A DNA stretch of 64,000 nucleotides. It comes from Callorhinchus milii (Eukaryota). The notes below the pieces were generated by a model. It did not search any database, was not told where the DNA came from, and saw only the letters and a list, made by a program, of their open reading frames with translations. Positions 37,601-49,261 of the stretch are shown here, piece after piece. The stretch lies in NCBI RefSeq assembly GCF_018977255.1, contig NW_024704742.1, forward strand, positions 128,466,001 to 128,530,000, in the 5' to 3' direction. The stretch's first letter is position 1. Each line of letters starts with the position of its first letter. Both the position numbers and the translations under genes were made by a program.

Positions 37601-38479
37601 TTATTTATATTACACCCTCCATGTAGGATAAAGTCTTGGAGTGCTTCACAGTGATATGGAAAAAACTAATGGACCGAAGGTTCTTCTTCATCCATAATGC
37701 TTGTGATCTTGTGTGACATACTCGTAACCCTGGGAGTCAAAGCCATTAAGTTAAGGAAACTCTCGCTGAATAGCTATCATTACATACCAAAGCTCCATAT
37801 GGTAAATGTACCAGTGTTCTGTAGGGTTACCATAAACATAGGCCTTAATATTTCTCAATGTGTTAATAGGCACTTTAATGACACCATCCATCATTGTCCA
37901 CTCTAGTGGTTGGGAAGATTTAGATAACTAATCTCGCTGATCAATATATAAGCACAGATTGAGTATGAAGAGTACAATAAGGAGAAATGATTTGCAACAA
38001 AGCACATAAAGCATAAAATACATTCACGCCATCCCTTTCATTATAAGATCTTGTTGAATATGGCTTTGAATGATCAAACTCATTTATCACTCTGTTAATC
38101 AAAGACAAGGTCTGAAATGATTTTACTTGCTTTGAATTAAAATACCTTTCTTAAATAGGGTGGGTTTACTGAGTACCGGTAAGTATCAGGAGTACCAAAG
38201 TATGTTGATTTGGTTTATTCTGGTTTGGATTCTATTAAACAAAGTGTTGGGAGAGGAACATGACTATACACAGATATAAGATTAGATGGGTACTCTGGAG
38301 TTTTGTCTGATTTAGCTTTGAGTGACCTATGGAAGGAACAGTCTTGGTGGCTGAACATCCTTTCCTAATTCCGTGCCCTCCTATGATCTTTTTATTTGTT
38401 TACCACCAGTAATGTGGCCAACAACATCCGCACACGTTTAGCCTTAATGTCATGTTCAAATGATCCAATATGTCCAATA

Positions 38480-38765
38480 TGTTTTGTCAGCCGCATGTCT
38501 GACACATGCGGAAACCCATCACCGTGCTTAAGAGTATTCAAAACAAACTGAGAATTCCATGCATCCGACCGACACATGGAAATTCCAGGATTAGATAGTT
38601 GGAATGGAATGCGCACTCTCATCCTGGAGGGATGCTTCCTGCTTACCTAATTCCAGAAAATATTAGGTACAGGAGGGCAAGAGCCAAGGCTTGGGGACCC
38701 CAGAGTGTGTGTTGGGGTACTGCTGGAGTCTAATCAGCTAAAATCGCATAGCCTGCCATTGAATA
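38480..38765 (-). mobile_element. Family C retroposon
   Basis: ttttgtcagccgcatgtctgacacatgcggaaacccatcaccgtgcttaagagtattc..., reverse complement of 7965-8250. Confidence 0.78.
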
Positions 38766-40944
38766 TATCCAACATGAAATAAACTGTTACCTTTTTGCAT
38801 CTAATAATGCTAATAGCTTTCAGAAACAAAATCTTCAATGATTCTAAAGCTGATACAACTGCCATCCTTCCTTCACAATTGTACTATGAGACACATTGCT
38901 GTGAAAATAAGAAGCTGGAGAAGGTAACACATTTGATAGGCTGGCATATTAAAAACTCTGATCTAGAGGCCTTGATAAATATGACAAAGGTGATTGGTTT
39001 TTGATAACATCAGAAGAGGCAGAATGCACATTATTCAGGGCAAGAGCTTGGTATTTTCACAGGAAATCAAGTCAGGCAACTCCAAGTAGGTAACTTTACA
39101 AAGGCAGAAAATGTGGTAAGAATTCACAGACCAGGCAGGAGAATGGAAAGGAAAGTGTGATCTATGGTGTTTTGGGAATCTATTATAGATAGCTATATAA
39201 ATCAGAAACGAGTCCTGATGAATGAGGCCGTGGAGACTTTCTGTAAAGTTGGGTAAAGAAGTAGGAAACTGTAGCTCATCTAATAAAGGAATAGAAATTT
39301 GGGGATTACATGAAATTTCAGTGAGAGCCGATCACACACCCTCTAGGAATGCACTGGATTGTCAGCTGACACTGTGAGTTCAAAGTCCCAAATTGGGCCT
39401 TGAACTCACAACCTTCTGAATTGGAGGCAAGAGTGAGATTGACTGAGCTTGACTGACACCTATTTCAACAGGATCTCTTGGTTATGTTGTTAATCTGTTA
39501 TTGTTGTTGTTAATCTAATCACCTACACTCGGAATAAAGATACATATGCTGTATAAAAACAGTTGGACAAGTATTTTAGCATTACCAGCACATGAGAATA
39601 CTCAAACTAAATATGAAAATAATACACGCAAAACCTAAACTCTCCAGAGCTAATACTTTCAAGGTTAGTGTTAGACAAAAGGTTAATTGATGTTGCACCA
39701 AGATCAAGATCCTATCAATCAGGTTAAAAATTACACCCGAGGTGTTTTTGTTTGTGCAAAGTGAAAATGAATAGAAGCAGAGAAAATAATTAATGGTTTG
39801 ACAACTAGTGTTAACAGTCTTAACATACGGCTGAATCCCTTCTTGCTGGCTATGCTGTTGGTATGATTGCACAATACATCCACAAGACACAGTGTATTAC
39901 TTACTCAATCACAAGATTGGTTTGGATGAAGAAAGCCCTTCGGCCCACATGATCACATCCTTCCAGAATACCTACTCTACTGTTTTCACATGTTGATCCA
40001 CAAACAGAACAATATATATTTATGTGGTGACGAGGATCCTTGCCCGCTGTAGCATTTGCAGCTAATTTTGTTTTGTCCACAAAATATAAAGTTAATTCAT
40101 TTTACAGTATATTCTGTGAAGCACTTTGAGACATCTGGAAGACGTGATAAGGAGCTATATCAAATGCAAGGATTATTATTATTAGTAGTAGTAGAGGTAT
40201 TATTATTATTATTATTATTATTATATGCGTGACTGGCTTGGAGGAACCAGAGACTGAAACATTTATTTTTGGAGGGAGTGGGGGAGGGGAAGGAGTTATG
40301 TCAGCAAACCAATAGCAATTGGAATAATACAAAGTGTAAATTATAGCTCAGTTTTTCTACCACCAGAAAGAAGCAGGCAAAAATCTAAAAGCTTCTTTAC
40401 TGCTACTAATATTTCTTCTTCTTCTATCTATACTAATAAAACAACAACGTCTGTCTGTGCTTCAAGTAGGATCTCAATAACCGAATGACTTAGAGACATG
40501 ATTTATATCTCATCAGAAAGGCCTTGCAACTGCGTGCATCATGGACAATCCCAGTCATTAACAGATCTTCCAACTCAACAACAACAATTTGCATTTATAT
40601 AATGGCATTCATGAAGGATAGCATGCAATTGCCAGGATGGTGGAAGGTGAACTGGATAGACAAATTTGCCTAGCAAATTCTTATGCTTTGATAGGGAGGG
40701 GCAAATTGATCACAGGTGCAGTCAGAGAGATACGTCTTAAGGTAGGATGTAGAGATAGATAAAGAGGGAGTGAGGATGTGTGGGGGATTGAGGCAGGGCA
40801 CTCCAGAGATTAGTGGTGTAGTGGCTGAAAGGCATAGTCACCAATGGTGGGGCCGAAGGGTGGAGGGGCCAAAGGGTTGGGATCTCCTGAGGAATGAAAG
40901 CAGACCTTAGGGGAGAACACAACTGGGGAAAGCAATGATTACTC

Positions 40945-41920
40945 ATTTTTCAGTCATGAGAGAAGATGTTTCAGAGGGGAATCTCATAGATGTGTATAAA
41001 ATTTTAAATAAGATTGAAAAAGTAACCCCAGATCAAGACAGTAGAACAAGATAACACATGTTCATCATTGCAAAGTGCGATTTCAGGACAGAAACCAGGA
41101 ACAAAACACAAAATGCTGCAGATGCTGGAATCTGAAACAAAAACAGAGAGAGCTGGGACAACTCAGCAGGTCAGGCAGCATCTATGGAGAAAGGAAAGTG
41201 AGTCAATGTTTTGGATCCATTTCATCAGAAACCAGGAAGTTTGGCTTTACCCGTTTAATGACTGGAACAGGATGCAAGGAAAGGTGGGTGAGGCCAGGAC
41301 TCTGCACTTATATAACAAACAGCTTAACATCGTGTTGGGAGGATGGTAGGATGGGTATTCTGGAGGGATGAAATCAGATGGGCTGAGCACTACACCTTAG
41401 GAAGGACGTCAAAACATTGGAGAGGGTCCAAAGGAGATTTACCAGAATGATATCAGGAATGAGGGACTTCAGTTATGAGGAGAGGCTAGAGAAGCCAGGA
41501 TTATTCTCCTTGGAACAGAGAAGGTTAAGAGGAGACTTAATAGATTTCAAAATTATGAGGAGATTTGATAGGGTGAACAAAGAGAAACTATTTCCACTGA
41601 TGGGTGGGTCGGTAACCTGAGGGCACTGATTTAAAATAGTTGTTAAGAGAAACAGAAGGGAAATGAGGAGAATTTTTTTCGTACAGTGAGTTGATCAGAT
41701 CTGGAATGCATTGCCTGAAAAGGTGGTGGAAGCTGATTGGTTAACAACTTTTAAGAGGGAAGTAGATAATTATTTGACTGGACAAGTTTGCAGGGCTATG
41801 GGGAGAGAACGGGAGAGTGGGATTGAATTGGATAGCTCTTTTCAAAGAGCCAACATAGATATGATGGGCCAAATGGCTTCCTTCTGTGCTGTATAATTCT
41901 ATGATTCTATAATTCTATGA
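40945..41920 (+). mobile_element. Two tandem CR1 3' fragments (old about 40945-41385, younger about 41386-41920)
   Basis: [41 protein letters not shown]. Terminal ttctatgattctataattctatga octamer repeat. Confidence 0.9.
41102..41225 (-). mobile_element. Mini Penelope-like insert with degenerate hammerhead core and 13-bp TSD
   Basis: Flanked by cagaaaccaggaa (41089-41101 and 41226-41238). Same family as 9881-9984. Confidence 0.78.
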
Positions 41921-42869
41921 AGTCTACTCCCAGTCCACTGAGAGATGTTCAGCAATTAGCTATTAAGAGGTGTGAAAGAGTTCGGTGGATTTATGATTTT
42001 TCACTCAAACACTTCCAGCAAATGGCTGAGGTGAGAGTTGGATATTTATCGTGATTCACCATGTGGGAAACTGGCCACATATTCATATTATATCAAGAAG
42101 TGACTGATCATAACATGTACAGTAGTTACAATTCTCATTAGTTTGTTTTAGTTTTCAGACCCATTCCCACAAAGTAAGGAAGCTGGTAGTAGGTGCATTC
42201 ACTTACTCATTGATATAAGCTTCCCTCTTCGCTTGTAAATGTATAGCTCACATTTTTATTGTGGCGCCCCTCTGCTTTACTCTTTTATGCACAATAAATC
42301 ATGCTGCAATGGAAGTCAAGGAGAACCTGCAGTCCCTTCATTGAAACCAAATGGGTAAATTAAGCTGCTGCTCACTCAGCTGTACTACTCCCACTGTAAT
42401 TGGCAGTAAAAGACAATCAAAATTGTACTTAGCAAAACATAAATTTCATGTTATAATTTCTGTCTCTACATACATGATGCATATTATTTTAATACGTTAA
42501 GCACTGCTTTGGGATTTTGTGGTTGAGAAGAAATGTTGATTCCTGTGCAGATTTCGCATAAAATGAACACCTTTATTACTACACATCTCTTATTTTTATG
42601 GGCTGGCTAGCTTGGGAGTCTGTGGTTTATTAAAAAAAAGTTTTATGTTTCACAGGACACATTAGATGGTATCCAAGCAATTCAGCTTAGGAAACAGGAA
42701 CGGACAGTGTCAGTGAAATAGATAAATTTTGCCACAGTCCACTGGGAACTGAAATGTATTGCACAGTGTGTGATAGCATCATCGCATTCTGCCCACCAAC
42801 ACTGTACATACCCACACACTGCAGCAGCCTCAAGCCACGTCTTCAGTAAGCCTTATATCAAAGTGACTT

Positions 42870-42951
42870 TGTGTTGTTAGTTTGGTTTGGATAATCTTTA
42901 AGCATGGTGATGGGTTTCTGCGTGTGTCACACACCTGGTTGACAAAAAAAA
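42870..42951 (+). mobile_element. Family C retroposon 3' end
   Basis: tttggtttggataatctttaagcatggtgatgggtttctgcgtgtgtcacacacctggttgac plus A8. Confidence 0.7.
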
Positions 42952-42982
42952 TTGTTTTGGCAACTGCTGTAAATCTATCATT

Positions 42983-43170
42983 ATAAAAACAGAAGCCGCT
43001 GGGAACACCTAGCAAATCAAGCAGCATCTACTGAGAGATGAAAGCGAGGTAACATTTCAGGTTGCTGATCTTTCATCAGAAATTTTCATAGATGCTGCCT
43101 GACCTGTTAAATGCTCCCAGTGACTTCTGTTTTTATTTTATAATTCCAGCATCTGCAGTATTTTGCCTTT
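42983..43170. mobile_element. Penelope-like inverted-repeat remnant with hammerhead core
   Basis: Arms 42983-43030 and 43089-43136 are imperfect inverted repeats. Minus strand 43079-43048 reads CTGATGA-AAGATCAGCAACCT-GAAA-TGTTACC. Confidence 0.72.
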
Positions 43171-43949
43171 TGCAAATTTACTAATGTGAGATTTTTTTTT
43201 AAAGAGTTGCAGATACATCTCACATATTCCACACTTGACCTCAGAAAACAAGACAGCAAATGTTAACCTTTAATCCATCCTGGCTCCCGTTCATCACGAT
43301 CAACAACAAGAACTTTTGTATCTCCATTCACATAGGATGAAAGTATTGAAGTGCTGTATTGGGGAGAACTGAGCAGGGAAAATAAATATTTAAGGATATT
43401 GACCATGAAGATCATTGACAATGAAAAGTTATGTAAGCTTTTAAGGTAGCGAGATAGGAATCAAGCCAAAGGGGTGAGTGTTCTAATAATATGGGCTGAA
43501 AAGTATGGCCAACAATGTGGAGAGACAAAGCAGTGGCCTTTACACACATTATTTTCAGTTGGATGATACTTTTAAGAGGAAAAATATAAAAGGGTGAAGG
43601 GAGAGACAAGGGAATTAGGGTTTGGGTAGTATAGGCCTGACGGACTCCTCCTTGACTCCTAATGTCTTCGATTCTCATTTAGACCAACCTGTGTCTCATT
43701 GAGTGTTTCCTTATCTCAGCTCCGCCCTCTCCCTGTTAACTCCAATAATGTCCTTAAGCAGAAGCTTCCATAAATCACATGAAGGTTAACAATTCTCAAT
43801 GTGGACATTGTTACTTGATTATGAATAAACTCAACAAACTTCTATCATCTATCATTGACTTTTGCTATTGTGATAACAAATGTAGAGACAGAATTCAGTC
43901 AAATTGGGTCCAGTTGTAATTCTGGATTTTGTGTTCTTAAGTACCTTTC

Positions 43950-44293
43950 ATGAGACTTTGGATGAGATACAAAACCAAGGCCTTGTTCAGGTGGACGATA
44001 AAGATCCCATGGCACTAGTCAAAAAAAAGGAAGTTTCTGCTGGTGTCCTGGCCAACATTTTTATAAAATTGGTGGTTTACTTGTTCCGAGATGCTCCCCT
44101 TTGTGAAGGGCATTAAAAAATGCAAGTTGCTATTCATGACTGTTTGTGGGAGATTGCTGTGTACAACCTGGCTATTGTATTTGCCAACATACAGTCACTG
44201 CACTTTACACTGTGTCCCGAAGTGCTTTGGGATGTCCTTCCAGTGTGAAAAGTGCTATACCAAATGTAAGGATTATTGTTGCTATTATTATTT
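43950..44293 (+). mobile_element. Family B Deu-domain SINE ending just upstream of the RIT2 acceptor
   Basis: ttggatgagatacaaaaccaagg...gtggacgataaagatcccatggcacta...caaatgtaaggattattgtt. Confidence 0.85.
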
Positions 44294-44320
44294 AATGTTG
44301 TGGATTTATTCCTTTTCCAG

Positions 44321-44536
44321 GTCTCTAAAGAAGAAGGTATGGCCTTGGCAAGAGAGTGCAACTGCCCCTTCTTTGAAACTTCGGCTGCTTTGCGCCTCTA
44401 CATTGATGATGTCTTTTATGGGATGGTACGTGAGATTCGGAGGAAGGAAGCCCAGCTCTCTTCTGAGAAGAAAGTGAAGAGGAGAGACAATATCTGGAAG
44501 AAGCTGAAAGGCTCCTTCAAAAAGAAGAAAAAATAA
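44321..44536 (+). CDS. RIT2: RIT2 last coding exon (G5 motif, polybasic C-terminus, no CAAX)
   Basis: Acceptor ccttttccag ending 44320. Encodes [71 protein letters not shown], stop TAA 44534-44536. Joins the upstream exon in frame (RQ|VS). ETSAALR and WKKLKGS are RIT2-type. Confidence 0.95.
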   Translation, partial: VSKEEGMALARECNCPFFETSAALRLYIDDVFYGMVREIRRKEAQLSSEKKVKRRDNIWKKLKGSFKKKKK

Positions 44537-45470
44537 AAGATACGAAAGATGTCACTTTCTAAGCAGTCATGGGTCTAATTTGTGGATTGTGTACAATGGC
44601 ACACAAGTGCCCTTATTATGGAATTAACTATCAATGTGAAGTAACCTGTAAGTTATTACTTTGGGTGTTAAATACATGATTACACCTGAAATTCTCTCTC
44701 TACACCTGCTTAACCCATCCCGTCAATTTTGACATTGGATCATCAATGCAACTCCAAATTAGACCCACTTTCTGCCACATGTCTTGATCTGTGGATCTGT
44801 AATGTCAAACTATTTTTATTTAGAAGGCAGCAGAGTCTTGATCTTGGGTTAATGTCTAGTCACTGTTTTATACACCCGCGTGAAGTTATTAATCAGTGTT
44901 ATATTGAGTACACTTTCAGAAATTATTTCCAAACTGTCTTTGTTAAGTAGCGTAGCTGACTATAGATTAATATTTCTCGGGTTGTAGGTATACAAACAGT
45001 TACAAGTCAATGTTGTGCCAGAATCCTGCTTCAAAGCATCTTTCCAATGAATGTTTTTCCAGTGTGAGTTAAGATTCTGGAAACTCTATTTTGTAAACGT
45101 TTGCATCTCTTGGAAGTCTCCACACTGTCCATTCTTCTCTCATTTATACTGGTGTAGCAAGGACAGTGATGTGTCCAAAATCTTGATACTAATTACTTTT
45201 CTTTGTAATTTGTAAACAAATGCCATTCTAATGGTGAAACTGCTCACCACCAGAATTTAGTGGTTGGCTATAGACTGATATAGTGTTTTACAGGTATTTT
45301 ATATCTGGTTCAGTGTTTGTTTTACCGTTGAAACAGTTTCTTTATATTGTCCCACCAATATTCGTTGGGTGTCCTTTTATATAAGGGTGGAAAGGATGAG
45401 ACATCTAGTTGTATTGGTTCAAAGCTAGAAAGTATTGTCCATATCACTGTTCTACTGACTGGACCACAAA
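44537..45470 (+). other. RIT2: Probable RIT2 3' UTR (3' end undetermined)
   Basis: Repeat-poor, U-rich sequence directly after the stop codon. The cleavage site cannot be placed from sequence alone. Confidence 0.55.
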
Positions 45471-45473
45471 ATA

Positions 45474-45790
45474 GAGTTCTGTAGCTCAGTGGTTAGAGCA
45501 CTCGCTTTGCAAGCGAGAAACCTGAGTTCAGTTCCAGGCAGGGCGAAACCTTGGGCAAGTTTCCTTACTCCACACGCCTAATAATAATCCCTCCAAAACC
45601 AAAAAAAAATAATAAATTGGTCATTTTCAATCTATGACTGTTTGTGGGACATTGCTGTGCGCAATTGGCTGCCGCATTCGCCCACAAATATACAGTCAAT
45701 TAACTTTACAGTGTGATCTGTGAAGCGCTTTGGGACGTCCTCCTGACGTGAAAAGTGCTATATCAAATGCAAGGATTATTATTATTATAA
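45474..45790 (+). mobile_element. Family A SINE, internal-deletion subfamily
   Basis: Same deletion junction as 16072-16386. Confidence 0.92.
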
Positions 45791-46169
45791 ATAATTGTTT
45801 ACTGTAAAAGACACTCTCAATATGTTTAATCTCATCTATTAATCTTCAACAATAACAGCAAATAGATTATTTGAAATGAACATTTAAAATGCTTCTCTTT
45901 GATATGTCCCCTAGCAGATTTCAGTGATGAATTTATCTTGATCAGGATCAGCAACCAGCAACATACACTTAGTGTCACTCTGAACTTAAAGTGATGCCAT
46001 TGAAATAACAAGACCAGCATTATGTGATAGCTTTGCACTGGGTTTGGATCAGGTAGTGTCAGTGAAGCTCCAAGCTCAGTACCTCAACAAAATTGAGCAC
46101 CAAAATAGCCTCTTTACACAATCCTCTAAAATAATTTGGTTATTGAATGAGTAATAAAGATAGCAAAAA

Positions 46170-46445
46170 GCCTAAGGTCAGGAAAGTTGTTGGAAATGTG
46201 AAGAGGGAGCTGAGAAGAAATGTTTGCTTGGAGAGGATTATTGGAACACAGCTGTTGAAGCTAAGACCATGATAACCTTTGAAAGAGAATTAGATATGGT
46301 ATTTGATGAGAAACAAAATAAAGGGTTATAGTGGAAAGAGTAAGGAAATGTAATTAGAGTATAAAGCTCCATCAGATGAGATTGCACTAGCATTGGTTCA
46401 ATGGGTCTAATGGCCCCCTTTTATGTTGTCATTTTTATGATTCTT
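46170..46445 (+). mobile_element. Old CR1 3' end
   Basis: cctttgaaagagaattagata...aatgggtctaatggcccccttttatgttgtcatttttatgattct. Confidence 0.65.
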
Positions 46446-46654
46446 TGATAATTCCATATAATGTGAAATTAAGTGTTAAATAGTGTTAAGTTATAATAAT
46501 AAAATAATAAATACCCTTGCATTTGGTAGAGCATCTTATCATGCCATTGAAATGTCTCAAAACGCTTCATAGGATATGCTGTCCAACTGTATTTTGTGGG
46601 CAAAGGATACCTGATAAATAGAGGCATGATCCACAGATCTCCAATTTGTTGGTA

Positions 46655-47010
46655 GGTCTCCTAACCCCCTACCAACCCGCCCGCTCCCTCCGCTCAACCG
46701 GCTCCGGCCTGCTCCACGCCCCCCAACCCACCCGCCCCACCATTGGCGGGAGAGCCTTCAGCCACTCTACCCCCAACCTCTGGAATTCCATCCCACAATC
46801 ACTCCGTCTCACCCCCTCCTTAGCCTCCTTCAAGTCCCACCTCAAAACTCTCCTCTTCAACCATGCCATCGGCCACCCCCCTTCCTCTCCCCTCCCCTCT
46901 CCTTTCCTGACTCCAGCTCGGGTCTGAAACGCTGTATACTGTCCAGTGCCTTGGGACGTCCTCCCGACGTGAAAGGCGCTATACAAATGTAATCTTGTTG
47001 TTGTTGTTGT
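46655..47010 (+). mobile_element. Young L2 LINE 3' fragment
   Basis: LTPYQPARSLRSTGSGLLH...IGGRAFSHSTPNLWNSIP...FKSHLKTLLFNHA. Tail gtgccttgggacgtcctcccgacgtgaaaggcgctatacaaatgtaatc(ttg)n. Confidence 0.93.
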
Positions 47011-47183
47011 CATAGTATTCTGTAATATCATCGTCAACACCATATTAAACTATTTTAGAATAAGACTGTGTTATGATAAACGTTTCAGATCCACATTCAC
47101 ACAAAAAAAAACTATTTGTGTTCCTTAGTAGGTTACATTCCAGTAACAAAGATGATTCAATTTGATAATTAAATTTTACATGG

Positions 47184-47229
47184 ACGCGCATTAAAATGGA
47201 TTCGGACGCGAATCCATTTTAATGCGCGT
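47184..47229. repeat. Perfect 21-bp inverted repeat with 4-nt loop
   Basis: acgcgcattaaaatggattcg-gacg-cgaatccattttaatgcgcgt. Confidence 0.97.
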
Positions 47230-49261
47230 TGAGCCCATGCCCGTACGACAGCACCACACTTGGGAACTCATCAGCTACTGTTGCAGGCAGCAAGGATAAG
47301 TGAGAGCCTCATCTCTGTGAATCTGCTGTTATGTATTTGATGACTGGAACCAGTACAGCTTACGGCTCTGAGTGCAACAACATCTTACATTTATACGGCA
47401 CCTTTCAAGTAAAGGAAAGTCTTGCAGCGCTTCACAGAGTGAGATTAATTAGAAATGAAGCAAGTGTTGTTATGTGGGCAAGAACAGCGGCTAATTTGTG
47501 CCAGCAGCAGTTCGAGTGCAGCAGTCAATCCCAATGTCCAAACGCAGGACTGGTGATGTGAGTCCAACATTGTCAAATGATTGGTGTCACATGAATCAAA
47601 AGGTTTATTCTGAAAACGAATAGTTACTTATAGTTCAGATGAGGACAAATTACACCATCTCCCCATCAGAGGACATTTTTAGAAACAATTGCCCATAAAA
47701 TTAGATTTTGCATTTACAAGGATCCTATTGTTCAGAAAAAATAAGACCGTGACTGTCATAATAAAATTGTTTCCTTATATTTGCCTTCCGAGTCAGATGT
47801 ACATTAACTGTATGAATTGCAGTCGACAATTTATGTTGCAGGGTTGAGAAATAAAAGGGTTGGCATTCTTAAGATTGCAGTTACCACCATTATTACATTC
47901 TTATGGAAGACATGCAAAAGGTTTATTTCTCTTTTAATAAACCACTGTCAGAAGATTTTCTTTATCGCTCGAATATTCATGCTGGAAGTGCACAGATGCA
48001 GAGGCAGTTAATTGAATATCTTAGCTTAGCTGCACTGCCCCAGAATATGTTACATCTGTGCACAGATACAACCTCCCTCACTTAATTATAGGCACGATGA
48101 TAGGAATATTTTTCTAAATTGCCTTTTGTTAATGCACCAAACCATTTCCTATTTATCATTATTGTAAACAGCAGCTTTAATTACATCCAAAGTCTTGCTG
48201 CATCCATTTAAGAAACAAACTCTGGGCTCAGCAATTTTCATACTCATTGTCCGTCTGGGAAAATGTTATTGCCGTTAATCAACAAATTTGCTACATGAAA
48301 GACTCATTTCAAATACTGAGAATTACTAGCTATATTCCGCACCCCCCCATCCCTCCTCACACACACACACATCCACCCACACCCAACCACCTCTAACTCT
48401 CGCCCTTCTCAGCCAAAAGGAATTCAACCTGAATTAAATCAACTAACCCTTCCCAGAAACAATACTGCAATTCCAGAGGGGGTGCACTTTAATAAGCAGC
48501 ATTCTCTTCACAGATATGGTTGGAGATGTGCCCTCATTGGATCAAGCCTCCAACCGTGCATTTATATGACAGTTGGGAGCAGTGGTTGAAAACAAAAACT
48601 AACCTTTTTTTCTTCTGACTGTTCTTTCCCCAGAATCTGTTGTAAAGTTGCTAAATACAGTACATGAAAAATGTACCTCAAAACCTGATTCATTTTCAAT
48701 GGGTACAATCAAAGGGAAGTAAAGCTTAAAAGCACATGTTAAAACTTGGTCCCAAGCAAACTATTTATTTTTCTGACTATCCTTTTAAAGCTTTCTGCAT
48801 TGCAGGAAAGTTTAAAGCAATACCATCTCTTCACTGTGTCTGTATATAACATTTCAATCTCTCTGCGTCAGCCTTTATTTGGCTTTGGGCTTTGCAGCTT
48901 GCACGGAAAGGAATCTTTCATGCCATCACGTTGCATTGGAATTAAATCCAGACACCAGACTGAAAAAGTTCAATTGGTGCAAGAGTCAGTAACTGCAAGG
49001 GTAGGTCTGTAAAATAAATTGCTACATTACAGCATTATAAATCACTTTGCTACCTTTCTCCTTGCTTTCAAAAATTTCAAAAAAAAATTATATTTCTTCG
49101 ACCGTTTCCTTACTGAGATGATTCTCTATATAAGCATAAATTGCATCAAAGGAACAAAATAATATTTTGATCCGCAGGAAAAACAGTGATCACGTCCTGC
49201 TGAAATACAATAGTAATAACAATCATCCTTCATTTGATACAGTGCCTTTGAAGTCAGGAGG

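Larger units (their letters stand above)
2431..44320 (+). other. RIT2: RIT2 last intron, 41,890 bp, GT-AG
   Basis: The two exons give contiguous Rit-family protein, so no intervening coding exon is needed. Confidence 0.9.

Noticed and set aside
39200..39245. Hammerhead at gaaacgagtcctgatga
   Set aside because: No stems II or III in any valid permutation.
2239..44536. Assignment as RIT1
   Set aside because: FQEAA, VRHTY, SAALR and KKLKGS, plus the very long last intron, fit RIT2 better, although some residues are RIT1-like.
47335..47372. C/D box snoRNA (tgatga...ctga)
   Set aside because: Boxes are too close together and there is no terminal stem.
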